From positions 1 to 64,000 of the forward strand of contig CAWJKV010000010.1 of assembly GCA_963843555.1 (NCBI GenBank): a stretch of 64,000 bases of DNA. Reading direction: 5' to 3'. Source of the stretch: an uncultured Methanosarcinales archaeon. Lineage in GTDB: Archaea > Halobacteriota > Methanosarcinia > Methanotrichales > Methanotrichaceae. Both the position numbers and the translations under genes were made by a program. The notes beneath the pieces were generated by a model. The model saw nothing but the letters and a program-made list of their open reading frames with translations, did no database searches and was not told the DNA's origin. This document shows positions 63,728-64,000 of the stretch, in pieces (positions within the stretch are counted from its first letter, which is position 1; each line of letters starts with the position of its first letter).

Positions 63728-64000
63728 GTGAGAGAATATCTCCTCGGAAACGCAGCAATTGCCAGAGGCCTCCTGGAGGCGGGGATGGGTCTCGCTGCCG
63801 GCTACCCCGGTACACCCTCCTCGGAGATCATCGAAACGCTGGTGGATCTCAGGGGCGCAAGGCCGATGCATGTGGAATGGTCTGTGAACGAGAAGGTGGC
63901 ACTGGAGGTGGCAGCGGGTGCCTCCTGGACGGGCACGCGCGCCGTGGCGACAATGAAGCATGTGGGTCTGAATGTGGCTGCAGACCCCTTTATGACCCTG
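63728..64000 (+). CDS. iorA: Indolepyruvate:ferredoxin oxidoreductase alpha subunit, 5' part (runs off the window)
   Basis: LLGNAAIARG, GYPGTPSSEI, EWSVNEKVALE, MKHVGLNVAADPFMTL. Confidence 0.93.
   Translation, partial: MREYLLGNAAIARGLLEAGMGLAAGYPGTPSSEIIETLVDLRGARPMHVEWSVNEKVALEVAAGASWTGTRAVATMKHVGLNVAADPFMTL

Overview
Archaeal methanogen DNA, most consistent with an acetoclastic Methanothrix (Methanosaeta)-like genome. This assignment is inferred from gene content: the ACDS cdh operon, ftr, por, purO, TFE and many secreted TPR proteins. Housekeeping blocks (aroA', ftr, purO, porGDAB, PIN-ATPase, mutS/mutL, TFE, cdhABC-cooC-cdhDE, cobD/cbiB, homocysteine synthesis genes, radical SAM enzymes, iorA) flank an accessory zone at about 19-27.7 kb. 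That zone contains: a ~430-nt highly base-paired non-coding element; two decayed TPR genes bracketed by a pair of 11-8-11 palindromic sites; a truncated hemoglobin; a duplicated mutS 5' end; and toxin-antitoxin genes, separated by three copies of a ~100-nt covarying structured motif. The cdh operon carries two tiny paralogous Ala/Pro-rich genes that resemble a detached CdhC C-terminal tail. Single-base frameshifts cluster between about 17.3 and 37.5 kb and may be consensus errors. No rRNA, tRNA or CRISPR array was seen. All RNA structures were folded by eye, not computed.
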